This document shows positions 19,442-28,840 of a stretch of 64,000 nucleotides of DNA, one piece after another. The stretch comes from Candidatus Niyogibacteria bacterium (GTDB taxonomy: Bacteria; Patescibacteriota; Minisyncoccia; HO2-45-28): the NCBI GenBank assembly GCA_016181935.1, contig JACOYI010000005.1, forward strand, positions 595 to 64,594, written 5' to 3'. The stretch's first letter is position 1. Each line of letters starts with the position of its first letter. The notes beneath the pieces were generated by a model. It saw only the letters and a program-made list of their open reading frames with translations, was not told the DNA's origin and did no database searches. Made by a program: the position numbers and the translations under genes.

Positions 19442-20667
19442 AAAAATTGATTTATCTGGATCACGCGGCGACCACCCCGGCGGACCCCGAGGTGGTTTTG
19501 GCGATGGAGCCGTATTGGCGCGATGTCGCTGCGAATCCGTCGTCCCTGCACCGGTGCGGACAGGCGGCCATCAAAGCCGTGGACGAAGCGCGGGAGGCCA
19601 TCGCAACATTCATGGGCGCCGCACACCCGCGCGAAATCATTTTTACGGGTTCGGCGACCGAAGCGAATAATCTTGCGATTCGCGGCATTGTCAAAAACTC
19701 GGTTTTTGACAAACCACATGTCGTTACGACCGCGATCGAACACGCGTCGGTTTTGGAAACGGTTCGTGCGCTTGCCCGCCAAAATTTTGCTTCGCAAAAC
19801 TTAGGCGGGCGAGAACAAACGGGCACGATCGAAGCGACGATCCTGCCGGTCGGTAGCGATGGCCGCGTATCGCCGGATGCGGTTCGAGCGGCCGTAAAAG
19901 AAAATACGGCGCTTGTCAGCATCGGCTATGCGAACAACGAGATCGGCACGCTCCAGCCGGTCGCCGAAATCGCGAAGGTGATTCGGGAGTTCCGAAAAAC
20001 CCAGTCTCCGCGCCTCCAGCCTCCAGCTTCTAGTCTCCAGCATCCAGTGTTTCATACCGACGCGGTTCAGGCGGCGCCGTGGCTGGATGTGGACGTAAAA
20101 AAACTCGGCGTCGATATGATGACCATTTCCGCGCACAAAATGTACGGCCCGAAGGGCGCGGGCGCGCTGTATGTAAAAGACGGAATACAGCTCGAGCCCG
20201 TTATCTACGGCGGAGGACAGGAATACGGATTGCGTTCCGGAACGGAAAATGTTCCGGCGATCGTTGGATTCGCAAAAGCCGCAGAAATGACGGGGGAATG
20301 GAAAAAAAGCGCGGCGAATATCGGCGTCATCGAAAAATTTCGCGACGATGCATGGAAAGAAGTACAGGCGATCGCACCGAATGCGGAATTGAACGGACCT
20401 GTCAAAAACCGTCTGCCGAACAATCTCAATATTTTTATTCCCGATGTCGATCCGGAAATTTTTCTGGTTGCACTTTCGGAAGACGGCATCTGTGTGTCGT
20501 CGGGCTCGGCGTGCGCCGCGCGCGCGCTCGGCGAATCGCATGTCATCACCGCGATCGGCAAGGGGGGTAACGATGGATGCCATTTGCGCATCACGTTTGG
20601 CCGGCAGACGACAGAGGACGATATCCGCGCGCTCGTCGCGGCAATGAAAAAGCGCCTCTCGGTTTGA
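19432..20667 (+). CDS. iscS: Cysteine desulfurase IscS/NifS-type
   Basis: YLDHAATTP, TEANN, SAHKMYGPKG and SGSAC motifs. Confidence 0.9.
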   Translation: MSSKKLIYLDHAATTPADPEVVLAMEPYWRDVAANPSSLHRCGQAAIKAVDEAREAIATFMGAAHPREIIFTGSATEANNLAIRGIVKNSVFDKPHVVTTAIEHASVLETVRALARQNFASQNLGGREQTGTIEATILPVGSDGRVSPDAVRAAVKENTALVSIGYANNEIGTLQPVAEIAKVIREFRKTQSPRLQPPASSLQHPVFHTDAVQAAPWLDVDVKKLGVDMMTISAHKMYGPKGAGALYVKDGIQLEPVIYGGGQEYGLRSGTENVPAIVGFAKAAEMTGEWKKSAANIGVIEKFRDDAWKEVQAIAPNAELNGPVKNRLPNNLNIFIPDVDPEIFLVALSEDGICVSSGSACAARALGESHVITAIGKGGNDGCHLRITFGRQTTEDDIRALVAAMKKRLSV

Positions 20668-20673
20668 GAGGCG

Positions 20674-21819
20674 CTACGATGCTTTGGGGTTTTTCCACAG
20701 AAAACGGAGTGTTTCGATATCTTCGCCGGGTTCGGCGCCGATATCGGGTTCCGATTTTATTTGTTCGATCAATTCACGAGTGGCGGAGTCCCGGATCATG
20801 TGTATATGCGTGAAATATGCGTGCTCCGGCGGCGGTTCCTTGCGTTCGATTCGTTCGAGTTTTTCCGGCTCGGATTCGATCGCCGGCGGGGCATCGATGG
20901 GGAACCATCGGGCCTCCCGCGTTTGAAGCGGTCCTTCGGGGGATCGCGCTTGTGTTTTCGGGTTGCCATGATTCATTGCAACGCAGAAAAAAATCGTCCG
21001 AAAATAGGGCCGGCTTTCCTCCTCGTTTTTTCTCATGAGTTCGGCTTTGATCTCATCCGGCGCCGGATCGTGACCGAGATATTCTTTCAATGGTTCGATG
21101 ATCGAGTGCCAACGCGCTAAAACATGAACTGCGGTTTCGCTCTGCTTTGCGAGCAAATCCCGATTGGTCTCGATCTCGTTGGCAGTCGGTTCGCGGCCGA
21201 GCTTTTGTTTCAGTAAATCGGTCGGATCTCGCCTTGCGCGCCAGTCCAGATTGGTCTCGATCTCGTTGGCAGTCGGTTCGCGGCCGAGCTTTTGTTTCAG
21301 CCGACCCGCCGATTTTATGATCCGGCTGATCTCCCGGTCCGGATTCAGGACAATGCCCTCTTTGCATTGCGTAAGGATCCGGATTTTTCTTTTGCTTCCG
21401 GGGATCGGAACGTCTTCGCACCACGCCAGAAATCTGATCCTAACCCTGAATTCTTCGAATGCCTCTCGGATCGCGGTGCATTCGGGCGGTTCGGTCCATT
21501 GATTGCCGGATCGTTCGAACAGTTTTTTATACTGACCGCGGATGGCCGGATCGAGATCCGCAATAAAGGCGGAAACATCAACGGCGCTGAACGATTCGGA
21601 GCGTCCGCCGATGAGCCCCCAACCCTCCGGTTTTCCGGCCGGATACGGCAGATTGTATACGCACGCCACGTTTTCAAAGGAAGAATTCACGATAAAGTCG
21701 ACAACGTGATGGTCTCCTCGTCTCACGGTCTTTTCGAAAAGATCCAGCCGTGCGTCTTCGATCGGGATCATTTCGTCCAATAGAGTGAGGGGGGAGGCCC
21801 CTCTGCTCACATACGGCAT
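20674..21819 (-). CDS. Nudix-like protein with internal sigma70 region-3-like repeats
   Basis: WGLIGG...E...TAIREAFEEF; duplicated LKQKLGREPTANEIE; GAGGAG SD. Confidence 0.6.
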   Translation of the reverse strand: MPYVSRGASPLTLLDEMIPIEDARLDLFEKTVRRGDHHVVDFIVNSSFENVACVYNLPYPAGKPEGWGLIGGRSESFSAVDVSAFIADLDPAIRGQYKKLFERSGNQWTEPPECTAIREAFEEFRVRIRFLAWCEDVPIPGSKRKIRILTQCKEGIVLNPDREISRIIKSAGRLKQKLGREPTANEIETNLDWRARRDPTDLLKQKLGREPTANEIETNRDLLAKQSETAVHVLARWHSIIEPLKEYLGHDPAPDEIKAELMRKNEEESRPYFRTIFFCVAMNHGNPKTQARSPEGPLQTREARWFPIDAPPAIESEPEKLERIERKEPPPEHAYFTHIHMIRDSATRELIEQIKSEPDIGAEPGEDIETLRFLWKNPKAS

Positions 21820-21901
21820 GGGTCGGCCCTCCTCAGCTAGTTGACGAACAATACTCGTTTCGGCTATTATTATATGGATATAGAGATTTAATGTCAAGCC
21901 T

Positions 21902-23143
21902 ATGCGAATGGAAGAACTGACAAAGACCCAGCTGGTGCTTTTGGTGCTTCTCGTGAGCTTTGTGACATCGCTTGTCACGGGGATCGTTTCTGTTACGCTC
22001 GTGAATCAGGCGCCCGCGCAAGTGACGCAGACCATCAACCGCGTTTTCGAAAAAGTGGTTCAGGAAAAAGAAGTGGACCTGTCCAAACTTCAGGCGCTGG
22101 TATCGAACCCGGAGGATCTCGTGACAAAACTCGTGGACGCGACGCTTCCTGCGGTGGTTTCGGTCATTGCGACCAAAGATGTTCCGGTGTTCGAGCGGTA
22201 TTTTGTGAATCCATTCGGAAACGACGATATTTTCGGAGATTTTTTGATCCCGCAGTATCGTCAGAAAGGAACGGAGTCGCGTCAAATTTCATCCGGCACC
22301 GGCTTCTTTGTGTCGGAGGATGGGTTGCTGGTAACAAATAAGCACGTGGTTTCGGATGTGGCCGCCGAGTATTCGGTTGTCATGAATGACGGACGCAAGC
22401 TCGCGGCAAAAGTATTGGCGCGCGATCCGCTCCAGGATATCGCGATCTTGAAAGTTGACGGAACATTTACGTATATCGGGCTTGCGGATTCCGATACGAT
22501 CAAAGTCGGACAGACCGTTGTTGCGATCGGCAATGTGCTCGGAGAATTCCAAAATACGGTTTCTTTGGGCGTTGTTTCCGGTTTGCACCGCTCCATTATG
22601 GCCGGCGGTCCGGAAGGGGTAGAAACATTGTCCGAGGTCATCCAGACGGATGCCGCGATCAATAGGGGTAATTCCGGCGGGCCGCTCCTGAATCTTGCGG
22701 GGCGCGCCATCGGCATCAATACGGCGGTTGCGCAGGGCGCAGAGAATGTCGGCTTTGCGCTGCCTGCGAATTTCATCCGCAAGACGCTCGAAGATGTTCG
22801 TGAATTTGGAACAGTTCGGTACGGCTATGTGGGCGTGCGGTATGTCATTGTCACCCCCGATATTCAAACGGCGCGAAAATTATCGGTGGATCACGGGGCG
22901 CTCATCGAAAAAGGCGCGAATGGCGAGGTTGCGGTGCTCGCGGATTCCCCAGCGGCAAAAGCAGGGCTTCGCGAGGGCGATATCATTTTGTCGTTCGACG
23001 GGCGCGATATCACGAAAGACGATACGCTTGCCGCGATGATCAATAAAAAGCGGATCGGCGATGCCATCGAATTGACAATTCATCGCGATGGCGGCGTCGA
23101 GACGGTGACATTAACGCTCGAGGAACGACCCGCCAATTTGTAA
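21902..23143 (+). CDS. HtrA/DegP-family protease with PDZ domain
   Basis: TNKHV, DIA and QTDAAINRGNSGGP motifs; N-terminal TM; C-terminal PDZ. Confidence 0.93.
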   Translation: MRMEELTKTQLVLLVLLVSFVTSLVTGIVSVTLVNQAPAQVTQTINRVFEKVVQEKEVDLSKLQALVSNPEDLVTKLVDATLPAVVSVIATKDVPVFERYFVNPFGNDDIFGDFLIPQYRQKGTESRQISSGTGFFVSEDGLLVTNKHVVSDVAAEYSVVMNDGRKLAAKVLARDPLQDIAILKVDGTFTYIGLADSDTIKVGQTVVAIGNVLGEFQNTVSLGVVSGLHRSIMAGGPEGVETLSEVIQTDAAINRGNSGGPLLNLAGRAIGINTAVAQGAENVGFALPANFIRKTLEDVREFGTVRYGYVGVRYVIVTPDIQTARKLSVDHGALIEKGANGEVAVLADSPAAKAGLREGDIILSFDGRDITKDDTLAAMINKKRIGDAIELTIHRDGGVETVTLTLEERPANL

Positions 23144-23187
23144 TTTTTAGTTTTTAATTTTTATATTTTAAATTTTATATTGAAACC

Positions 23188-25863
23188 ATGCCCCCATTCG
23201 GAAATTTTACCGTAAAAGCCCAAGAAGCCGTGCGCCGCGCGCATGAGCTGGCGATCGAGCGCGGGCAAAACCAAGTGGATGCTCTGCATTTGCTCGCGGC
23301 GTTGGTTTTGCAGGATGACGGGATCGTGAGTGCGATCCTTGAAAAAATGGACACGGATCCGGATGAAGTGCTCGATTCCGTGATGGCATCCGTGGATTCC
23401 AAGAATCGGACGAATGTTTTGGAAGCGCGGGGCGCCTCGCAGATGTTTCTCTCGGTGGAATTCGGGAGGGTGCTGGAGGCGTCGTTCAAGATCGCGCAGG
23501 CAATGAAAGACGATTATATATCGACCGAACATTTGTTTTTGGCGCTGTTCGACGTTTCGTCGCGCGCAAAAAATATTTTGGCATCCGCGCGCATTGAACG
23601 GGCGCAGGTGGAGCGGGCGCTCGAAGAGGTGCGCGGATCGGGCCATGTGACCGATCTTGAACCCGAAACGAAAATGAAGGTGCTTGAGCGGTACGGCCGG
23701 AATCTGACGAAAATGGCGCGTGAGGATAAATTGGATCCGGTGATCGGCCGCGACGAGGAGATCCGCCGTATCATGCAGATCTTGTCGCGTCGGACGAAAA
23801 ATAATCCCATTGTGATCGGGGAAGCGGGCGTCGGAAAAACGGCGGTCGTCGAGGGGTTGGCGCGCAGGATCGCCGCGGCTGATGTTCCGGATACGCTGAA
23901 AGACCGCGAACTCATCGCGTTGGATCTCGCGTCCCTTGTCGCCGGCACCAAATACCGCGGCGAATTTGAGGAACGCCTCAAAGCCGTGATGCGGGAAGTC
24001 GAACGCTTGGAGGGCAAGGTCATTCTTTTCATTGATGAGCTGCATACGATCGTGGGGGCGGGCGCCGCCGAAGGGGCGATCGATGCCGCGAATATCCTGA
24101 AACCGGCGCTTGCGCGGGGGGAGCTCCATGCGATCGGCGCCACGACCCTTAAAGAATTTCAGCGTCATATCGAAAAGGACCCTGCGCTCACGCGCCGGTT
24201 CCAGCCCGTGTACGTTGAGGAGCCGTCCGCCGATGACGCGGTGGCGATCCTAAGAGGCATCAAAGAGCGCTATGAGATCCATCATGGCGTGCATATCACG
24301 GATGCGGCGATCGTTGCGGCGGTTGGACTGTCCGCGCGCTACATTACGGACCGTTTTTTGCCGGACAAGGCCGTTGATTTAATTGACGAAGCGGCCTCCG
24401 CCTTGCGGTTGGAACTCGATAGCATGCCGGGAGAACTTGAAAAATCGCGCCACCAGATCACGCGTCTTGAGATCGAAAAAGAGGCCCTGAAAAAAGAAAA
24501 GGGCAGCTCGTCTAAAACGAAGATCCGCAAAGCACAGCTCGAGATCGATGAACTTCGGGAAGAATCGTCCGGACTCGAATTGAAATGGAAAAACGAAAAA
24601 GAGGCGATCACGAACATCCGTCAGTTCAAAAAAGACCTCGATGGCTTGAAACTGGAGGCCGATCAGGCGGAGCGCGCCGGAGACCTGACGCGCGTTGCCG
24701 AGATCCGGTATGCGCGGATTCCCGGGATCCAGAAACAACTGGCCGTGGAAGAGGCGCGTCTTAAAAAATTGCAGACGGCGCGGAGCATTTTAAAAGAAAA
24801 AGTGGAGGCCGAGGACATCGCCGGGGTTGTTGCGCGCTGGACCGGCATTCCGGTGATGAATTTGCTCGAAGGCGAGGCCAAAAAACTTCTTCGCATGGAA
24901 GCGGACCTCGCGCGCCGCGTGGTGGGTCAGGACGATTCGATCTCAAAGATCGCGCATGCGGTCCGCCGCTCGCGCGCGGGCATCGGCGATCCCCTGCGTC
25001 CGATCGGTTCGTTCATGTTTTTGGGCCCGACGGGCGTGGGAAAGACGGAACTCGCGCGGCGTCTTGCCGAGTTTTTATTCAACGACGAGCGTGCGCTCGT
25101 GCGCGTGGATATGTCCGAGTTCATGGAAAAACATTCGGTGTCCAAATTCATCGGTTCGCCTCCCGGCTATGTCGGTTACGAAGAAGGGGGGCAGATCGCG
25201 GAATTGATCCGTCACCGGCCGTATGCCGTGGTGCTGTTCGATGAGATCGAAAAGGCGCATCCGGATGTGTTCAATATGATGCTTCAAATTTTGGATGACG
25301 GGCGTCTGACCGACGCGAAAGGCCGCAAGGTGAATTTTAAAAACGCGGTCATCATCATGACATCGAATGTCGGTTCGGAGTTCGCGCGGGAACTCGGCAA
25401 GCTCGGTTTTGAAACCGGGGAGACCGCAGAAGGGGCAGGCAGCAAACATCTGAAAGACCGGATAAAAGCGGCGCTTGTCGAGCGGTTCCGTCCGGAATTT
25501 TTGAATCGGCTGGACGAGGTCATCATTTTCAACGCGCTCGCGAGAACGGACATCGAGAAGATCGTGGATATTCAACTGGCCGACGTCCGGCGCCGGCTTG
25601 CGGAAAAAGGCATCGGCTTCTCGATCGCGGTCGGCGCAAAAGCGCGTCTGACGCAAGAAGGATATGACCCGAATTTCGGCGCACGTCCCCTGAAGCGTCT
25701 GATCCAGACGAAAATTTTGAATGCGGTGGCCGAACGAATGATCGCGGGCGCCGCCAAGGCCGGCGATCAGCTGATGGTGGACGAGAAGAGCGGCGAATTA
25801 GAGGTCAGCGTAAAGACGGAATCCCGCGCGGCAACTCGCAAAAAGAGGAAAATCGTGGTATAA
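23188..25863 (+). CDS. clpB: ClpB chaperone
   Basis: Two AAA+ modules ([16 protein letters not shown]) and a long coiled-coil M domain. Confidence 0.92.
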   Translation: MPPFGNFTVKAQEAVRRAHELAIERGQNQVDALHLLAALVLQDDGIVSAILEKMDTDPDEVLDSVMASVDSKNRTNVLEARGASQMFLSVEFGRVLEASFKIAQAMKDDYISTEHLFLALFDVSSRAKNILASARIERAQVERALEEVRGSGHVTDLEPETKMKVLERYGRNLTKMAREDKLDPVIGRDEEIRRIMQILSRRTKNNPIVIGEAGVGKTAVVEGLARRIAAADVPDTLKDRELIALDLASLVAGTKYRGEFEERLKAVMREVERLEGKVILFIDELHTIVGAGAAEGAIDAANILKPALARGELHAIGATTLKEFQRHIEKDPALTRRFQPVYVEEPSADDAVAILRGIKERYEIHHGVHITDAAIVAAVGLSARYITDRFLPDKAVDLIDEAASALRLELDSMPGELEKSRHQITRLEIEKEALKKEKGSSSKTKIRKAQLEIDELREESSGLELKWKNEKEAITNIRQFKKDLDGLKLEADQAERAGDLTRVAEIRYARIPGIQKQLAVEEARLKKLQTARSILKEKVEAEDIAGVVARWTGIPVMNLLEGEAKKLLRMEADLARRVVGQDDSISKIAHAVRRSRAGIGDPLRPIGSFMFLGPTGVGKTELARRLAEFLFNDERALVRVDMSEFMEKHSVSKFIGSPPGYVGYEEGGQIAELIRHRPYAVVLFDEIEKAHPDVFNMMLQILDDGRLTDAKGRKVNFKNAVIIMTSNVGSEFARELGKLGFETGETAEGAGSKHLKDRIKAALVERFRPEFLNRLDEVIIFNALARTDIEKIVDIQLADVRRRLAEKGIGFSIAVGAKARLTQEGYDPNFGARPLKRLIQTKILNAVAERMIAGAAKAGDQLMVDEKSGELEVSVKTESRAATRKKRKIVV

Positions 25864-25864
25864 C

Positions 25865-25945
25865 TCTGGAGAGCTGGAAACCGGATCGCTGGGAGCCAGA
25901 AAATTTAGTGTCCAGCAATCCAGTTTCCGGCGCCGAGTATTCTAG
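25865..25945. repeat. Degenerate CTGGA/TCCAG short-period repeat hairpin
   Basis: CTGGAGA GCTGGAA ACCGGA... followed by TCCAG CAATCCAG TTTCCGG. Confidence 0.6.
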
Positions 25946-25949
25946 GGTT

Positions 25950-26034
25950 GCGTGGGTGACAGAGCGGTCAATTGTAACGGGCTGTAAACCCGTCGCCCTT
26001 ACGGGCTACGCAGGTTCGAATCCTGCCCCACGCA
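25950..26034 (+). tRNA. tRNA-Tyr(GTA)
   Basis: Cloverleaf with long variable arm; ACGGG-CT GTA AA-CCCGT. Confidence 0.95.
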
Positions 26035-26044
26035 CCGAACATAT

Positions 26045-26115
26045 GCCCGAGTAGTTCAGTGGCAGAACAAATCCATGGTAAGGATTAAACGGGAATTCGA
26101 TTTTCCCCTCGGGCT
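26045..26115 (+). tRNA. tRNA-Thr(GGT)
   Basis: GCCCGAG/CTCGGGC acceptor; AATCC-AT GGT AA-GGATT; atypical A53-U61 pair. Confidence 0.9.
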
Positions 26116-26252
26116 CACAGATTGGTCGTCCCGCCGTTGGCGGGACCAATGGCTCATCAAAAATTTCGCACCAGAACGCGCCCTTGACGCGGCGCGGCTT
26201 TTCGTTTAATCTCCAAGTGGGTTTTGAACGTTAAAAAAAAGGAGGTTTTGCG

Positions 26253-26843
26253 ATGGAACCCAAGCGAGGTCTGTTGTGGGCCGGTATCGGCGCGCTCTCG
26301 CTCTCTGCGCTCGGCGCCATTTTCATTTTCCTTTTTGGGAAATTCGGAGAATTGGAAGTGCGGCTTCTTCTGACCGCGCTCACGATCGGATGGTACAGTA
26401 TGTGCGCGTCCGCGACATTCGGTTTTCACGAAAAAGATCTTGGATTCATCACTGTCATCGGCGTTGTGATCTCGGTTGTCGGCGCCTTTACGGCGCTTCA
26501 CGAGATTTGGTTCCCATCCTGGGACTTCTGGGGCGACGATCTAAGAGCCGTTTTTTTCTTCCTCGTAGTGTCGTTCTCGATCGCTCATTCGGCCTTGTTG
26601 CTGAAAATGCAGTTCGGGTCGGGCAGTCGATGGGTGAGCGGCATCAATATCACGACCATGGTCGTTGTTTGGTGTATTGCGGGAATGCTCACTTGGCTTA
26701 TCTTTTCGGATAATTGGCTTGATTTCTCGGAATTCTTTTTCCGGCTTCTTGCGTCGCTCGTGGTGCTTGATCTTTTGGGAACCATCCTTGCGCCGACAGT
26801 GAAAAAACTGACCGCGCAAACTTCGGGAGGGAACCATGCGTAA
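26253..26843 (+). CDS. Multi-pass membrane protein
   Basis: About six hydrophobic segments; AGGAGG SD. Confidence 0.75.
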   Translation: MEPKRGLLWAGIGALSLSALGAIFIFLFGKFGELEVRLLLTALTIGWYSMCASATFGFHEKDLGFITVIGVVISVVGAFTALHEIWFPSWDFWGDDLRAVFFFLVVSFSIAHSALLLKMQFGSGSRWVSGINITTMVVVWCIAGMLTWLIFSDNWLDFSEFFFRLLASLVVLDLLGTILAPTVKKLTAQTSGGNHA

Positions 26844-27336
26844 AATTCTCGTCGCCGTTCTTTTGCTCGCCGGTTTCACGGCGCCTGCATTGGTAATTCA
26901 TAATTCGCCTGCGTTGGCGAATCATGAAAGCGCATCTGTTGTTACGAATATTCGTCTGATAGCAAATGATACGAGTCATCCGGATTCCAGCATTCCGTTT
27001 CAGGGCGGAGTATTCGTCGGTGCTGGTTGGGGGCTATTAGGAGTCGAGGCGGCCCGCTTTGAATCTTCAAGCAACGAGCCGTTTTCATTTATCGGATTGT
27101 CATCCCAGCCCGTTGTATTTCCGCTGGCCGGACCCAGCAGGACAATCATTCTGTTTCCAGTTCGATGGGTACTTTCCTTGGGCAGTTTGGACGGGACATT
27201 CGGCGGCCGGATCGGCCTCGATATCGTTCTACAATTCAGCGATTACGAGGTCTATAATGTTTTCGCGGGCGCGAGCCAATGGATGAATGTTGACGGTTTG
27301 CGCATCGCGACCTTCGAAATCGGATTCGGCTTCTAA
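26836..27336 (+). CDS. Hypothetical exported beta-rich protein
   Basis: Signal peptide; C-terminal alternating pattern ending in F. Confidence 0.65.
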   Translation: MRKILVAVLLLAGFTAPALVIHNSPALANHESASVVTNIRLIANDTSHPDSSIPFQGGVFVGAGWGLLGVEAARFESSSNEPFSFIGLSSQPVVFPLAGPSRTIILFPVRWVLSLGSLDGTFGGRIGLDIVLQFSDYEVYNVFAGASQWMNVDGLRIATFEIGFGF

Positions 27337-27398
27337 GGCGCCAAAAGGCGCCTTTTTGTTTTCTTGCAATTTTCGCCCTTTTTTCGTATACTTTCCCT

Positions 27399-27557
27399 AT
27401 GCCTCAACCGAATTTGATCAAATTATCGTGCTCGGTCTGCAAGCGCGTCGGCTATTGGTCGCGCAAGAACAAGAAGAAAGTCGAGCGGAAGATCGAGATG
27501 AAAAAATATTGCCGGTGGTGCCGTAAGCACGCGATGCATAAAGAATCCAAGAAATAA
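27399..27557 (+). CDS. rpmG: 50S ribosomal protein L33 (not in ORF track)
   Basis: Manual translation: MPQPNLIKLSCSVCKR...KKYCRWCRKHAMHKESKK. Confidence 0.93.
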   Translation: MPQPNLIKLSCSVCKRVGYWSRKNKKKVERKIEMKKYCRWCRKHAMHKESKK

Positions 27558-27584
27558 TTACGAGGTTCGGCCTCGTAAGATTCG

Positions 27585-27655
27585 GGGAGTTTAGGTAAGT
27601 GGTATACCTGCTGTCTCCAAAACAGCGATCGGAGGTTCGATTCCTCCAACTCCCG
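27585..27655 (+). tRNA. tRNA-Trp(CCA)
   Basis: GGGAGTT/AACTCCC acceptor; GCTGT-CT CCA AA-ACAGC. Confidence 0.93.
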
Positions 27656-27680
27656 CCGAAAAAGGTGACGGACGATTCCC

Positions 27681-28667
27681 TCACGAACGGATGTAGTTGG
27701 CGGCCTCGCTCACTTGAAGCGCGGTCGTGGAATTGCCGGTGCGGATATAGAAAATTTCGCCGCGGTCAAAACGGACATAGGCGGGCTTTGCGGCGGGAAG
27801 AATTTGTACGATGCAGATAGGTTTATTGTCCGTTTTGGGGAATGACAATTTCACGAATCGGCGGAATTCGGCGCCGATCATTTCTTTGAATATGTTCGTA
27901 AAATGATTCTCGAATCCGTCCGGATTCGGTTTTTTGAGCGTCGCGTAATCGGGTGCCAACCCGCGGACCGCGCCCGCATCATCCACTCCGATCACCAGAT
28001 GCCCACCGCCCGAATTCAGGAGCGCGGCTGTTGTTTTCATGGCGGCGTGCTCCAGCTCGCGGTTCACCTTGTTCGCACCGAGGTCCCAGCGGAGCGTGGA
28101 TTTGAATTCCAGATTTTCGCGCTCCGGCGTTTTTAAGAGGTCGTCGAGCGAAACCGGCGCCCCCTCGGCGGGCTCCATAGATTCCTCTGCATGGCTTTGC
28201 ATCATTTCGGAAATGACGCGACTATAAAGATCGGGATTCGCGATATGCGTGAGCCGGATGGGTTTTTCCCGGCCCATGGTGCGGATGCCGAGCGTCCCGT
28301 AGGCGAAGATTTGCGATAAGGGCGCATATTCATAAAAAACGGAGACCGGATGCGCGACGGGAATGATCTCCCGCTTTTTGATGATGATGCCGCGTTCCTT
28401 GACGACGGCAGAGGGCCGGATGGTATAGACCGTGTAAAGCCAGCGCAAAAAAATGAATGCAAGAAGAAAAAATTCGGCGACCGCAATGAAGAAGAATTTT
28501 GCGACTTCGTAGGAGATGATATCGGAGACCGAAAGCGTATGGTATAACTCGCCGTAATTAGCGAGGACGGCCGCCAAAAAATAGGCGACCGTCAAAACCA
28601 ACTGCAAAAGAATGAGATCTTTGATGATGACGATGGGGCTTCTTCGGATGAGAATCGGCTCGGTCAT
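27681..28667 (-). CDS. Membrane protein with bPH_2-like domain fused to a Schlafen/AlbA_2 domain
   Basis: 2 TM; YTI...ERGII...IFAYGTL (bPH); ERENLEFKS, NSGGGHLVIGVDD and YIRTG (AlbA_2). Confidence 0.8.
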   Translation of the reverse strand: MTEPILIRRSPIVIIKDLILLQLVLTVAYFLAAVLANYGELYHTLSVSDIISYEVAKFFFIAVAEFFLLAFIFLRWLYTVYTIRPSAVVKERGIIIKKREIIPVAHPVSVFYEYAPLSQIFAYGTLGIRTMGREKPIRLTHIANPDLYSRVISEMMQSHAEESMEPAEGAPVSLDDLLKTPERENLEFKSTLRWDLGANKVNRELEHAAMKTTAALLNSGGGHLVIGVDDAGAVRGLAPDYATLKKPNPDGFENHFTNIFKEMIGAEFRRFVKLSFPKTDNKPICIVQILPAAKPAYVRFDRGEIFYIRTGNSTTALQVSEAANYIRS

Positions 28668-28840
28668 CGTTGATTCACTGTAGGTTGTTTTATGCTGCTC
28701 GACAAGTTTTTATCGGCTTGCCAGAGCTGACATGCTCTGGTGTGCTTTCGAATTTCATATGTTTCCACTTTACCATCTTCGGAGTGTATTCCTACAATGG
28801 GTTAGAAATCGGCAGTGCGAACTTTGACAAGGATCGAATC

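Noticed and set aside
20674-21819. Sigma factor gene
   Set aside because: Only region-3-like repeats are present; no region 2 or region 4 motifs.
23145-23182. T-rich periodic tract before clpB (similar tract at 49962-50005)
   Set aside because: Low-complexity sequence; no structure or function can be supported from the sequence alone.
26045-26115. tRNA-Thr(GGT) pseudogene because of A53-U61
   Set aside because: All stems pair fully and the change is compensated, so it is treated as functional.
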